Counted from the stretch's first letter, positions 7,969 through 14,760 are shown. The stretch: 16,117 bases of DNA from a virus (IMGVR_UViG_2740892235_000017:1-16117), one strand, 5' to 3'. The notes: generated by a model from the letters alone, not told the origin. Numbers and translations are program-made.

Positions 7969-8797
7969 GGCTTCCCCCCTTGCTGACTGGTTTTACCTGT
8001 GCCCTGACGTGCTGCACGTGGCGGGCAAATTTCTGCTCCCACTGAACCTGCGTGAAAACCTTCCCCTCCGCCATCCAGTAATCCCGGAATGCGGCAAGCT
8101 CTGCAGGTGTAAATTCCGGCTCAGGCAGAGCCATACCCCACACTGCTGCCCGTTGTCGAAAATCCGGCGACGGCTGCCAGACAGTAGTCATCGAAAATTT
8201 CCCGATCGGTTCGCTCAGGCCGTCCAGGTATTCAGGTTCGGCTGTCTGCAACGGCGCACCATTCGACTCACTGGTCGGAATACTCTCGCGCGCGTTATGT
8301 GTAGGGTTTAATTCTGTATCTGTATCTTTATCTGTCGTGACTTGTCGTGACAGATGCGTGACACGTCGTGACTCATCGTGACAATCAGCATTATGTTTCC
8401 GCAGCTTTTCCCGCTCCCGCTGCGCTCTCTTGCGCTCTGCCGGGGATTTTGCCGTTTGCGAAACGTTACCATTGTCCTCTTTCAGCACCTGACGTTTTTC
8501 CCATCCGGAAATAAGGTCACCATCCAGAACCCGCCCCTGCATTGCATGCAAAATTGAATCAATTACGTCTTCCGTCACATCAAGCGCACTTGCTAAATCT
8601 TCCGTCGTGACATCAATGTGACCACGTAGTGACACGCCGTGACATGTCGTGACATTTCGTGACGCGCTCACCAGAAGGTGTATATACACTGCCATCACTG
8701 TTGCGATTGGCTGTCCTGATACCCTGGCAATCGTTCGCCACTTGGGGTCATTTGGCATGTCATGCCACAATCTGAGCCAGGCATTAGCCATACTCAC
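7760..8797 (-). CDS. Replication initiator O-like protein (N-terminal wHTH, DnaT-like C-terminal region)
   Basis: 345-aa ORF upstream of the P-like gene. N-terminal WLRLWHDMPNDPKWRTIARVSGQ is typical of phage replisome-organizer N-domains as recalled. Contains two internal arrays of direct repeats (iterons). Confidence 0.65.
   Translation of the reverse strand: MSMANAWLRLWHDMPNDPKWRTIARVSGQPIATVMAVYIHLLVSASRNVTTCHGVSLRGHIDVTTEDLASALDVTEDVIDSILHAMQGRVLDGDLISGWEKRQVLKEDNGNVSQTAKSPAERKRAQREREKLRKHNADCHDESRRVTHLSRQVTTDKDTDTELNPTHNARESIPTSESNGAPLQTAEPEYLDGLSEPIGKFSMTTVWQPSPDFRQRAAVWGMALPEPEFTPAELAAFRDYWMAEGKVFTQVQWEQKFARHVQHVRAQVKPVSKGGSHAASGGTASRAVQEIRAAREQWERDNGFISNGNGLEAVGAYGGGVFEPLDSEERGRTFEALDCPDWCDD
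8335..8382. repeat. Iteron array 1: five TCGTGAC/GCGTGAC direct repeats at 10-11 bp spacing, inside the O-like gene
   Basis: Heptamers at 8335, 8345, 8356, 8366, 8376. An AT-rich stretch lies immediately 5' (about 8296..8334). Confidence 0.6.
8605..8663. repeat. Iteron array 2: six GTGAC-containing direct repeats at 10-11 bp spacing, inside the O-like gene
   Basis: Repeats at 8605, 8617, 8629, 8637, 8647, 8657 (TCGTGAC, TGTGAC, AGTGAC, CCGTGAC, TCGTGAC, TCGTGAC). Confidence 0.6.
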
Positions 8798-8859
8798 CTC
8801 TTCTGATACCGAACTTTACCCACGAACTTCCGGAAGAAATCCGGTATAAATATTGTTGG

Positions 8860-9285
8860 TCAATGCACAACAACAGCATTACCAGGCTGACCACCACTGT
8901 TAGTCAGGGTGCCCCAGGCGATCGCTACAGCGACAAAATCATCCACATCTTTCACCAGCCGATCCCGTCGTTCGACGATCTCCCGGTAATATTCAGAACT
9001 GTGACTGCGCATACGGGCCACCAGCAAAGGCGGCATCGCCTTTTCGATCGCCGGTAACAGCGCCTGAATTTTTTCAACAGCATCAGACGTGTCCTTCTCC
9101 ACCCAGCGGAAAATTTTCTGGGTATTACGGGCCAGGGCTTCCGGATGGCTGTCGTCATACAGTTCCGGGAACGTCATCCCCAGCTCGAAATAAGTCCGGG
9201 CTATTTCAGCTGCGGGAACTTTCTCACCATCAGGATATGCCCAGGCATTCATCGCCATACGGATGTGTTCATGCTTGATTTTCAT
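8860..9285 (-). CDS. YdaT-like protein (CII-position gene of Rac-type immunity regions)
   Basis: 141-aa ORF immediately downstream of the Cro-like gene, beginning MKIKHEHI, which matches my recollection of Rac YdaT. Assignment by position and partial recall. Confidence 0.45.
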   Translation of the reverse strand: MKIKHEHIRMAMNAWAYPDGEKVPAAEIARTYFELGMTFPELYDDSHPEALARNTQKIFRWVEKDTSDAVEKIQALLPAIEKAMPPLLVARMRSHSSEYYREIVERRDRLVKDVDDFVAVAIAWGTLTNSGGQPGNAVVVH

Positions 9286-9544
9286 GAATCACCCCCGTCT
9301 CTGGTTGTGTGTTAGCCTGACACTCGACAGGTAAGCCGTCGGTTGGGTTGGGATAAGAACTGCGATCAATCTCGTGCGGAGTTACTATCCAGCCAGTTGC
9401 TTCACACCAACGTAAAATTTTTTCCCCCGTAAGTTTCGCCCGCCCGGTAATGACATGGCTTACCATCCCCTGGGTTACCCCAACAATTTCAGCAAAATGT
9501 TTCTGAGTTATACCGGAATAACGCAAATATTCTCCAAGATTCAT
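9269..9544 (-). CDS. Cro-like / YdaS-like HTH regulator (91 aa)
   Basis: N-terminal HTH-like segment (ITQKHFAEIVGVTQGMVSHVITG). Divergent from the repressor gene. SD GAGGTG upstream of the ATG at 9542..9544. Confidence 0.6.
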   Translation of the reverse strand: MNLGEYLRYSGITQKHFAEIVGVTQGMVSHVITGRAKLTGEKILRWCEATGWIVTPHEIDRSSYPNPTDGLPVECQANTQPETGVIHENQA

Positions 9545-9574
9545 TGTTCACCTCATGTGATGTCATCACGATCA

Positions 9575-9603
9575 TTAATAGCATTGTTATTTTTAAAAGT
9601 AAA
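9575..9603 (-). promoter_or_regulatory. Candidate leftward promoter for the cro-like operon (pR analogue)
   Basis: Minus strand: -35 TTTACT (plus 9598..9603), 17-nt spacer, -10 TATTAA (plus 9575..9580). Overlaps operator candidates A and B. Confidence 0.3.
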
Positions 9604-9616
9604 TAGCGCCACTATT
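9577..9616. promoter_or_regulatory. Operator pair (OR-like): two 15-bp sites of form AATAGC-N3-GCTATT, centres 25 bp apart
   Basis: Site A 9577..9591 AATAGCattGTTATT; site B 9602..9616 AATAGCgccACTATT. Each has one mismatch to a perfect inverted repeat. Located in the cro-like/repressor intergenic region. Confidence 0.55.
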
Positions 9617-9644
9617 TCAAAGAGATTAATAATCTTATTAGAAT
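9616..9644 (+). promoter_or_regulatory. Candidate rightward promoter for the repressor operon (pRM analogue)
   Basis: -35 TTCAAA (9616..9621), 17-nt spacer, -10 TAGAAT (9639..9644). Predicted start would be close to the ATG at 9652 (near-leaderless, as for lambda cI from pRM). Confidence 0.3.
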
Positions 9645-9651
9645 TGAAGGT

Positions 9652-10152
9652 ATGAAAAGAAAATCCCTGTCAGAGATCGACCTGCAAGCCGCCCAGAGAC
9701 TAAAAGAAATCTGGACGGCGAAAAAAAATCAACTAGGGTTAACCCAAGAGCGTGCGGCAGAAATTCTGGGATTTTCGACACAGGGAGCTGTAAGCCATTA
9801 TCTAAATGGTCAGACACCTTTAAATCTTGAGGCTGTTATCAAGTTCGCAGGGTTACTGCAAGTTCCTCCCGAGTCAATCAGACCAGATATGGCCGAGTTG
9901 TTACAAATTGTAAGGATGTATCCCCAAGAATCTGGGGAGGACAATGTTGTCACTATATCTGCCGATATGGAACAATCGGAAAACGAACTTCCGTTTAATA
10001 TAGACCCCATGGAGCGGGATTTGCTCCAGACGTTCAGGGCTTTCCCCAAAGAAGATAAAGAGAAAATGCTTAAGGAAATGAAGGAGAAAAAAGAATCAAT
10101 TGAAGAAATCGTTGCGCGATGGCTAGCTGCGCAAAAAAGTCGTCGCGCCTAA
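9652..10152 (+). CDS. CI-like prophage repressor (XRE-family HTH, no S24 peptidase domain); PaaR-like first gene of a three-gene repressor-antitoxin-toxin operon
   Basis: 166-aa ORF with N-terminal HTH (LGLTQERAAEILGFSTQGAVSHYLNG) and a charged helical C-terminus. Divergent from the cro-like gene. Followed 17 nt later by the antitoxin gene. Confidence 0.65.
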   Translation: MKRKSLSEIDLQAAQRLKEIWTAKKNQLGLTQERAAEILGFSTQGAVSHYLNGQTPLNLEAVIKFAGLLQVPPESIRPDMAELLQIVRMYPQESGEDNVVTISADMEQSENELPFNIDPMERDLLQTFRAFPKEDKEKMLKEMKEKKESIEEIVARWLAAQKSRRA

Positions 10153-10169
10153 TCTGAGGAGGTCAAAAC

Positions 10170-10361
10170 ATGAGTACAGCCCTTTCCCCGATAATTTCTG
10201 AATTTGAAACGGTCGAACAAGAAAACAGCTATAACGAATGGTTGCGAGCCAAAGTGGCAGCAAGCCTCGCAGATCCCCGTTCTGGAATTCCGCATGATGA
10301 AGTAATGGCTGAAATGGAAAACCTTATTGCTCAATTAGCTACAACGAACAGGAGTGAGTAA
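10170..10361 (+). CDS. Small antitoxin of a ParE-family toxin (PaaA-like, 63 aa)
   Basis: Strong SD GAGGAGG before the ATG at 10170. Its stop overlaps the toxin ATG by 1 nt. Size and context match the PaaA2 antitoxin of paaR-paaA-parE modules as recalled. Confidence 0.55.
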   Translation: MSTALSPIISEFETVEQENSYNEWLRAKVAASLADPRSGIPHDEVMAEMENLIAQLATTNRSE

Positions 10362-10651
10362 TGCTGCCCATTTTATGGCTACCTTCTGCACGTGATGATT
10401 TACGTCAGATAGTAGCCTATATTGCTAAAGAAAACCCTCCCGCTGCACGTAGACTAAAAATACGCATTGAAACATCAGTTTTGTCACTTACTGAACACCC
10501 TTATCTGTACCCACCGAGCGAAAGAGTTCCAAGTCTTCGAGAGATAGTGACTCATCCTAACTACATAATACTTTACCGAGTAACAACATCTAACATCGAG
10601 ATCGTAAATGTAGTTCACTCACGAAGGCAGTATCCAAACAAAAGCTGTTAA
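10361..10651 (+). CDS. parE: ParE/RelE-superfamily toxin (96 aa)
   Basis: ParE-like features: N-terminal LPSARDDLRQIVAYIAKENPPAARRL and C-terminal IEIVNVVHSRRQYP. Translationally coupled to the upstream antitoxin. Confidence 0.6.
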   Translation: MLPILWLPSARDDLRQIVAYIAKENPPAARRLKIRIETSVLSLTEHPYLYPPSERVPSLREIVTHPNYIILYRVTTSNIEIVNVVHSRRQYPNKSC

Positions 10652-10662
10652 TCATTTCTGTC

Positions 10663-10688
10663 AAAAACCACCTTCGGGTGGTTTTTTT
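10663..10688 (+). terminator. Rho-independent terminator after the repressor-TA operon
   Basis: AACCACC-ttcg-GGTGGTT hairpin followed by TTTTTTT (10682..10688). Confidence 0.7.
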
Positions 10689-10699
10689 CTTGCCGTGAT

Positions 10700-10739
10700 A
10701 ATAGCGTTGCTATTTACATAATTAAATAGCAGTGGTATT
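10700..10739. promoter_or_regulatory. Operator pair (OL-like): two 15-bp sites AATAGC-N3-GCTATT, centres 25 bp apart
   Basis: Site C 10700..10714 AATAGCgttGCTATT (perfect); site D 10725..10739 AATAGCagtGGTATT (one mismatch). Same motif and same 25-bp spacing as the OR-like pair. Confidence 0.55.
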
Positions 10740-10741
10740 GT
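10713..10741 (+). promoter_or_regulatory. Candidate pL-like promoter for the early-left operon
   Basis: -35 TTTACA (10713..10718), 17-nt spacer, -10 TATTGT (10736..10741). Overlapped by operator sites C and D. Confidence 0.35.
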
Positions 10742-10919
10742 TTATGCATCAACCCACCCCGTCCCACAGAATGCAGGGCAATACTTCGAGTTACCCGGCA
10801 GTGGCAAGGGGTTAAGTAGCCAGCCCGAGGCGTATGAACATGACGGCGGGAACACTTTGTATAACAGCGCAGCAGGTTTTTAGTTCCGCTACCCGGCGTT
10901 AAGGGTAAATGAGGTCAAC

Positions 10920-11072
10920 ATGGATACGCTCAATCTTGGCAACAACGAATCTCTGGTATGCGGTGTGTTCTCTAACCAGGACGGCACGTTTACCGCGATG
11001 ACGTATACCAAAAGTAAAAAGTTTAAAACCGAAGCTGGCGCGCGTCGCTGGTTAGCCAGAAACACTAACTGA
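10920..11072 (+). CDS. Small early-left protein (50 aa; YdfA-like)
   Basis: ATG at 10920 with SD GAGGT 5 nt upstream; TGA at 11070..11072. Below the ORF-track size cutoff. Occupies the position ydfA holds downstream of dicA in Qin. Confidence 0.4.
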   Translation: MDTLNLGNNESLVCGVFSNQDGTFTAMTYTKSKKFKTEAGARRWLARNTN

Positions 11073-11324
11073 TTAGTACCAGTAAAAACAGGTTGCCACT
11101 GGTTAATTTACCCTGAAAAGTCAGGGCATAACACGAAAGCGCACGGCGAAGTTCGTATATCTGTACGGCGTCGTTAAATTTTCTTCGACCGTGCACTTCC
11201 GGTTGTGGCAATCCGCGAAATGGCGCGGCGGTAAGTATGGCTGGGGTTTCCTCCATTGCTCCAGAAAATGCACCGGGTTGTCAGGTTGACCATACGCTTA
11301 AGTGACAGCCCCGCCACAATACCC

Positions 11325-11380
11325 ATGTGTAGTCTTTGGTGGCATCAGTTCTACTCCGTGACTGCTCTGCCACCCTTTTT
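11325..11380 (+). ncRNA. dicF: DicF-like small RNA with intrinsic terminator
   Basis: Segment ...GGTGGCATCAGTTCTACTCCGTGACTGCTCTGCCACCCTTTTT closely resembles recalled E. coli DicF. Terminator stem GGTGGCA/TGCCACC (11338..11344 and 11368..11374) plus T-run 11376..11380. Lies immediately upstream of dicB as in Qin. The 5' end is approximate. Confidence 0.5.
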
Positions 11381-11547
11381 AAAGTGAATTTTGTGATGCG
11401 GTGAATGCGGCTAAGCGCACGCGGAACAGTTAAAGCTAAAAACAGCGTTATGGGTGATTCTGTATTCCGGCGTTAATTGTTAACTGGTTAACGTCACCTG
11501 GAGGCACCAGGCACCACATCACAAAATTCATTGTTGAGGACGCGATA

Positions 11548-11736
11548 ATGGAAACGTCACTACCAAACGTTAATACGTCTGAAGGGTGTTTTAATATTGG
11601 TATTCTGCTCAGTAACCGGGAGTTTACTGAGGACGCCATCAGGATGAGAAAATATGAGCCTTATCTTCTCAATGATAATTCCATACTCTCCAGAATTGCC
11701 CTTCTTGAACTTGGCATTTTCGGAGGGCAGCAGTGA
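11548..11736 (+). CDS. dicB: Cell-division inhibitor DicB (62 aa)
   Basis: METSLPNVNTSEGCFNIGILLSNREFTEDAI... matches recalled DicB (M.TLLPNVNTSEGCFEIG...FTEDAI), same length. SD GAGGA upstream. Confidence 0.75.
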   Translation: METSLPNVNTSEGCFNIGILLSNREFTEDAIRMRKYEPYLLNDNSILSRIALLELGIFGGQQ

Positions 11737-11872
11737 GTTCAGCGTTTACACTGATGATGACGGTTTTTCTGATAACAGGTGAGCCACAGAAAGTGATTAC
11801 CGGAATTTATGCCAGTAAAGAATCCTGCCATCAGGCAAGAGACGAGCAAAAAATTTCCGGTGAATGTCTCCC
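11733..11872 (+). other. ydfD-like ORF copy truncated by the assembly gap (probable artefact copy)
   Basis: GTG start overlapping the dicB TGA (GTGA). Encodes MSSAFTLMMTVFLITGEPQKVITGIYASKESCHQARDEQKISGECL and then runs into the N-run at 11873. Confidence 0.4.
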
Positions 11873-11882
11873 NNNNNNNNNN
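11873..11882. other. Assembly gap (10 N)
   Basis: Run of 10 n characters. Confidence 1.
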
Positions 11883-11940
11883 ATCATTCCATACTCTCCA
11901 GAATTGCCCTTCTTGAACTTGGCATTTTCGGAGGGCAGCA

Positions 11941-12129
11941 GTGAGTTCAGCGTTTGCACTGATGATGACGGTTTTTCTTATAACAGGTGAGCCACAGAAT
12001 GTGATTACCGGAATTTATGCCAGTAAAGAATCCTGCCATCAGGCAAGAGACGAGCAAAAAATTTCCGGTGAATGTCTCCCGTTAAACAAAGTATCGCTGT
12101 ACCTGAATAACGAAATACCGGCTGGATAA
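11941..12129 (+). CDS. ydfD: YdfD-like small membrane protein (62 aa; Qin lysis protein homologue)
   Basis: MSSAFALMMTVFLITGEPQNVITGIYASKESCHQARDEQKISGECLPLNKVSLYLNNEIPAG has an N-terminal hydrophobic helix. Position directly after dicB and size match Qin YdfD as recalled. Confidence 0.55.
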   Translation: MSSAFALMMTVFLITGEPQNVITGIYASKESCHQARDEQKISGECLPLNKVSLYLNNEIPAG

Positions 12130-12224
12130 CCCGCCAGCCATATTAACGCCATACCAACGGATTAAAAATGCCAGCAATGGCAGGGATTCGTTCACCCTGA
12201 AATCTGTAATGAGGTTTAAACACA

Positions 12225-14696
12225 ATGAGTAAAATATTTATTTGCGCCGCCATTCCTGACGAACAGGCAATAAAAAACGAGGGCGCTGTTGCTGTGGCCA
12301 CAGCCATTGAAGCCGGTGATGAACGTCGCGCCCGCGCAAAATTTCACTGGCAATTCCTTGAACATTATCCGGCTGCTCAGGACTGCGCTTATAAATTTCT
12401 TGTCTGTGAGGATAAACCCGGTACACCCCGCCCAGCCCTCGACTCCTGGGATGCTGAATATATGCTGGAAAACCGCTGGGATGAGGCGTCTGCTTCCTTT
12501 GTCCCGGTCGAACCTGAATCAGATCCGATGAACGTCACTTTTGACAAGCTGGCCCCTGAAGTACAGAACGCTGTCATGGTTAAGTTCGATACATGTGAAA
12601 ACATCACCGTTGATATGGTGATTAGCGCACAGGAATTGTTGCAGGAAGACATGGCAACCTTCGACGGACATATCGTGGAAGCTTTGATGAAAATGCCAGA
12701 AGTTAACGCCATGTATCCGGAGCTTAAGCTGTATGCCATCGGGTGGGTTAAGCATAAATGTAAGCCTGGTGCCAAATGGCCAGAAATTCAGGCAGAGATG
12801 CGCACCTGGAAAAAACGTCGCGAAGCAGAACGAAAAGAAACCGGGAAACATACTTCTGTTGTTGAGCTGGCCCGCGCCAGAGTCAACCAACAGCACACTG
12901 AAAACTCAGCAGCAAAAATCAACCCTGTCACTACTGCCATTCGTCGCGAATACAAGCAGACATGGAAAACCCTGGATGAAGAGCTGGCTTACGCTCTCTG
13001 GCCTGGTGATATTGATGCCGGAAACATTGACGGTACCATCCATCGCTGGGCTAAAAATGAGGTTATCGACAAGGATCGCGAAGACTGGAAGCGTATCTCT
13101 GCATCAATGCGCAAACAGCCTGATGCGCTTCGCTATGACCGTCAGACTATTTTTGGCCTTGTTCGTGAGCGCCCGATCGACATTCACAAAGATCCCGTTG
13201 CACTGAACAAATACATCAGCGAATACCTGACGACAAAGGGCGTGTTTGAACATGAAGAAACAGACCAGAGCTCTGCTGATGCTATCCTGTCGTCAGCAGC
13301 ACAAACTGATCCAGTGGAGACGGCGGAATCCAATTCTCAAAAAAATGAAATCCTGGTGGAAGCTGAACCATCTGTAGAGCGTGAAGGACCGTTTTATTTC
13401 GTCTTTACCGATAAGGACGGGGAAAAATACGGCAGGGCAAACAAACTTTCTGGCCTGGACAAGGCGCTGGCTGCCGGTGGTACCGAAATCTCAAAAGAAG
13501 AATATTTTGCCCGAAAAAATGGCACATATACGGGCTTACAGCAAAATACAGATACCGCAGAAGATTCAGAACAACCAGAGCCGGTAAAAGTTACCGCTGA
13601 CGAAGTAAACAAAATTATGCAGGCAGCCAATATCAGCCAGCCTGACACCGATAAATTGCTTGCTGCATCACGTGGTGAATTTGTTGAAGGGATTAGCGAC
13701 CCGAATGATCCGAAATGGGTTAAGGGGATTGAAACCCGCGATTCTGTGAACCAGAACCAGCCCGAATCGGAACAAAACGACCAGAAAGCGGAACAAAACA
13801 GTCCAAATGCGTTACAAAACGAGCCAGAAACGAAACTGCCTGAACCAGAAGTGCAACAAGAACCGGAAAAAGTTTGCACCGCATGCGGTCAGACCGGTGG
13901 CGGCAACTGTCCTGACTGTGGTGCGGTGATGGGGAACGCAACCTACCAGGAAACATTCGATGAAGAGAATCAGGCTGAAGCTCAGGAAAATGATCCGGAG
14001 GAAATGGAAGGCACTGAACATCTGCACAAGGAGAACACTATCAGCGATCAGTATCACGCCAGCGATAATAAAACTGGCGAGACAGCAAATCCCTTAATTA
14101 AAGTGAACGGTCATCATGAAATCACATCCACCAGCAGGTTGTGGCACCATCTGATGATTGACCTTGAAACAATGGGAAAAAATCCTGATGCGCCAATAAA
14201 CGCTATAGCCGGTAAGTTTTTTGATCCGGCAACCGGAGAGATGGGGCCAGAATTCAGCAAAACTATCGATCTGGAAACCGCAGGCGGGGTCATCGATCGG
14301 GGCACCATTAAGTGGTGGCTGAAACAGTCACGCGAAGCACAATCCGCCATTCTGACCGATGAAATCCCGTTGGATGATGCACTGCTGCAATTCCGGGAAT
14401 TTATCGACGAAAACTCCGGTGAATTTTTTGTTCAGGTCTGGGGTAACAGTGCAACTTTCGACAACGTGATTTTACGCCGTTCATATGAACGGCAGGGGAT
14501 CCCCTGCCCGTGGCGTTACACCAATGATCGCGATGTAAGAACGATGGTTGCTCTGGGACTGGTGATGGATTTCGACGCAAGAACGACTATTCCATTCGAA
14601 GGTGAACGCCATAACGCGCTGCACGATGCGCGTTACCAGGCAAAATACGTTTCAGCCATCTGGCAAAAACTGATCCCGAGTCAGGCTGATTTTTAA
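12225..14696 (+). CDS. Large prophage protein (823 aa) with C-terminal DnaQ-like (DEDDh) 3'-5' exonuclease domain
   Basis: SD TGAGG upstream of ATG 12225. C-terminal region has Exo I-like MIDLETMG and Exo III-like HNALHDARYQAKY. An acidic low-complexity linker (about 13740..13860) and a CxxC-x7-CxxC motif (CTACGQTGGGNCPDCG, about 13876..13923) precede it. Confidence 0.65.
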   Translation: MSKIFICAAIPDEQAIKNEGAVAVATAIEAGDERRARAKFHWQFLEHYPAAQDCAYKFLVCEDKPGTPRPALDSWDAEYMLENRWDEASASFVPVEPESDPMNVTFDKLAPEVQNAVMVKFDTCENITVDMVISAQELLQEDMATFDGHIVEALMKMPEVNAMYPELKLYAIGWVKHKCKPGAKWPEIQAEMRTWKKRREAERKETGKHTSVVELARARVNQQHTENSAAKINPVTTAIRREYKQTWKTLDEELAYALWPGDIDAGNIDGTIHRWAKNEVIDKDREDWKRISASMRKQPDALRYDRQTIFGLVRERPIDIHKDPVALNKYISEYLTTKGVFEHEETDQSSADAILSSAAQTDPVETAESNSQKNEILVEAEPSVEREGPFYFVFTDKDGEKYGRANKLSGLDKALAAGGTEISKEEYFARKNGTYTGLQQNTDTAEDSEQPEPVKVTADEVNKIMQAANISQPDTDKLLAASRGEFVEGISDPNDPKWVKGIETRDSVNQNQPESEQNDQKAEQNSPNALQNEPETKLPEPEVQQEPEKVCTACGQTGGGNCPDCGAVMGNATYQETFDEENQAEAQENDPEEMEGTEHLHKENTISDQYHASDNKTGETANPLIKVNGHHEITSTSRLWHHLMIDLETMGKNPDAPINAIAGKFFDPATGEMGPEFSKTIDLETAGGVIDRGTIKWWLKQSREAQSAILTDEIPLDDALLQFREFIDENSGEFFVQVWGNSATFDNVILRRSYERQGIPCPWRYTNDRDVRTMVALGLVMDFDARTTIPFEGERHNALHDARYQAKYVSAIWQKLIPSQADF

Positions 14697-14760
14697 TGTT
14701 CAACCCCGGTCGTCGCCCGCAAGCTATAGTGGCGGCGACCATGATTAGCGAACAACTCTC

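Larger units (their letters stand above)
11675..12080. repeat. Tandem near-identical 198-bp duplication flanking the gap (copies 11675..11872 and 11883..12080)
   Basis: Both copies span the 3' end of dicB and most of ydfD. Four mismatches seen by eye (about 98 percent identity). Confidence 0.8.

Noticed and set aside
8335-8663. Short direct repeats that could be mistaken for a CRISPR array
   Set aside because: Repeat units are only 7 bp at 10-11 bp spacing, lie inside a coding sequence, and have no spacers of CRISPR length; they are iterons.
10740-11547. Possible tRNA or N-antiterminator gene in the 800-bp ORF-poor early-left leader
   Set aside because: No cloverleaf-like sequence or N-like ORF with an arginine-rich N-terminus was seen; only the small YdfA-like ORF and the DicF-like RNA are supported.
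11733-11990. 85-aa ORF spanning the N-run
   Set aside because: It reads through 10 ambiguous bases (XXXX in the translation) and joins two duplicated segments in different frames; an artefact of the gap.
12238-14350. Minus-strand ORFs (12238..12426, 12389..12775, 12519..12896, 13394..13879, 13720..13956, 13812..14057, 14114..14350) inside the 823-aa gene
   Set aside because: All are embedded antisense in one long plus-strand ORF with a good RBS and recognisable exonuclease motifs; some have low-complexity translations.
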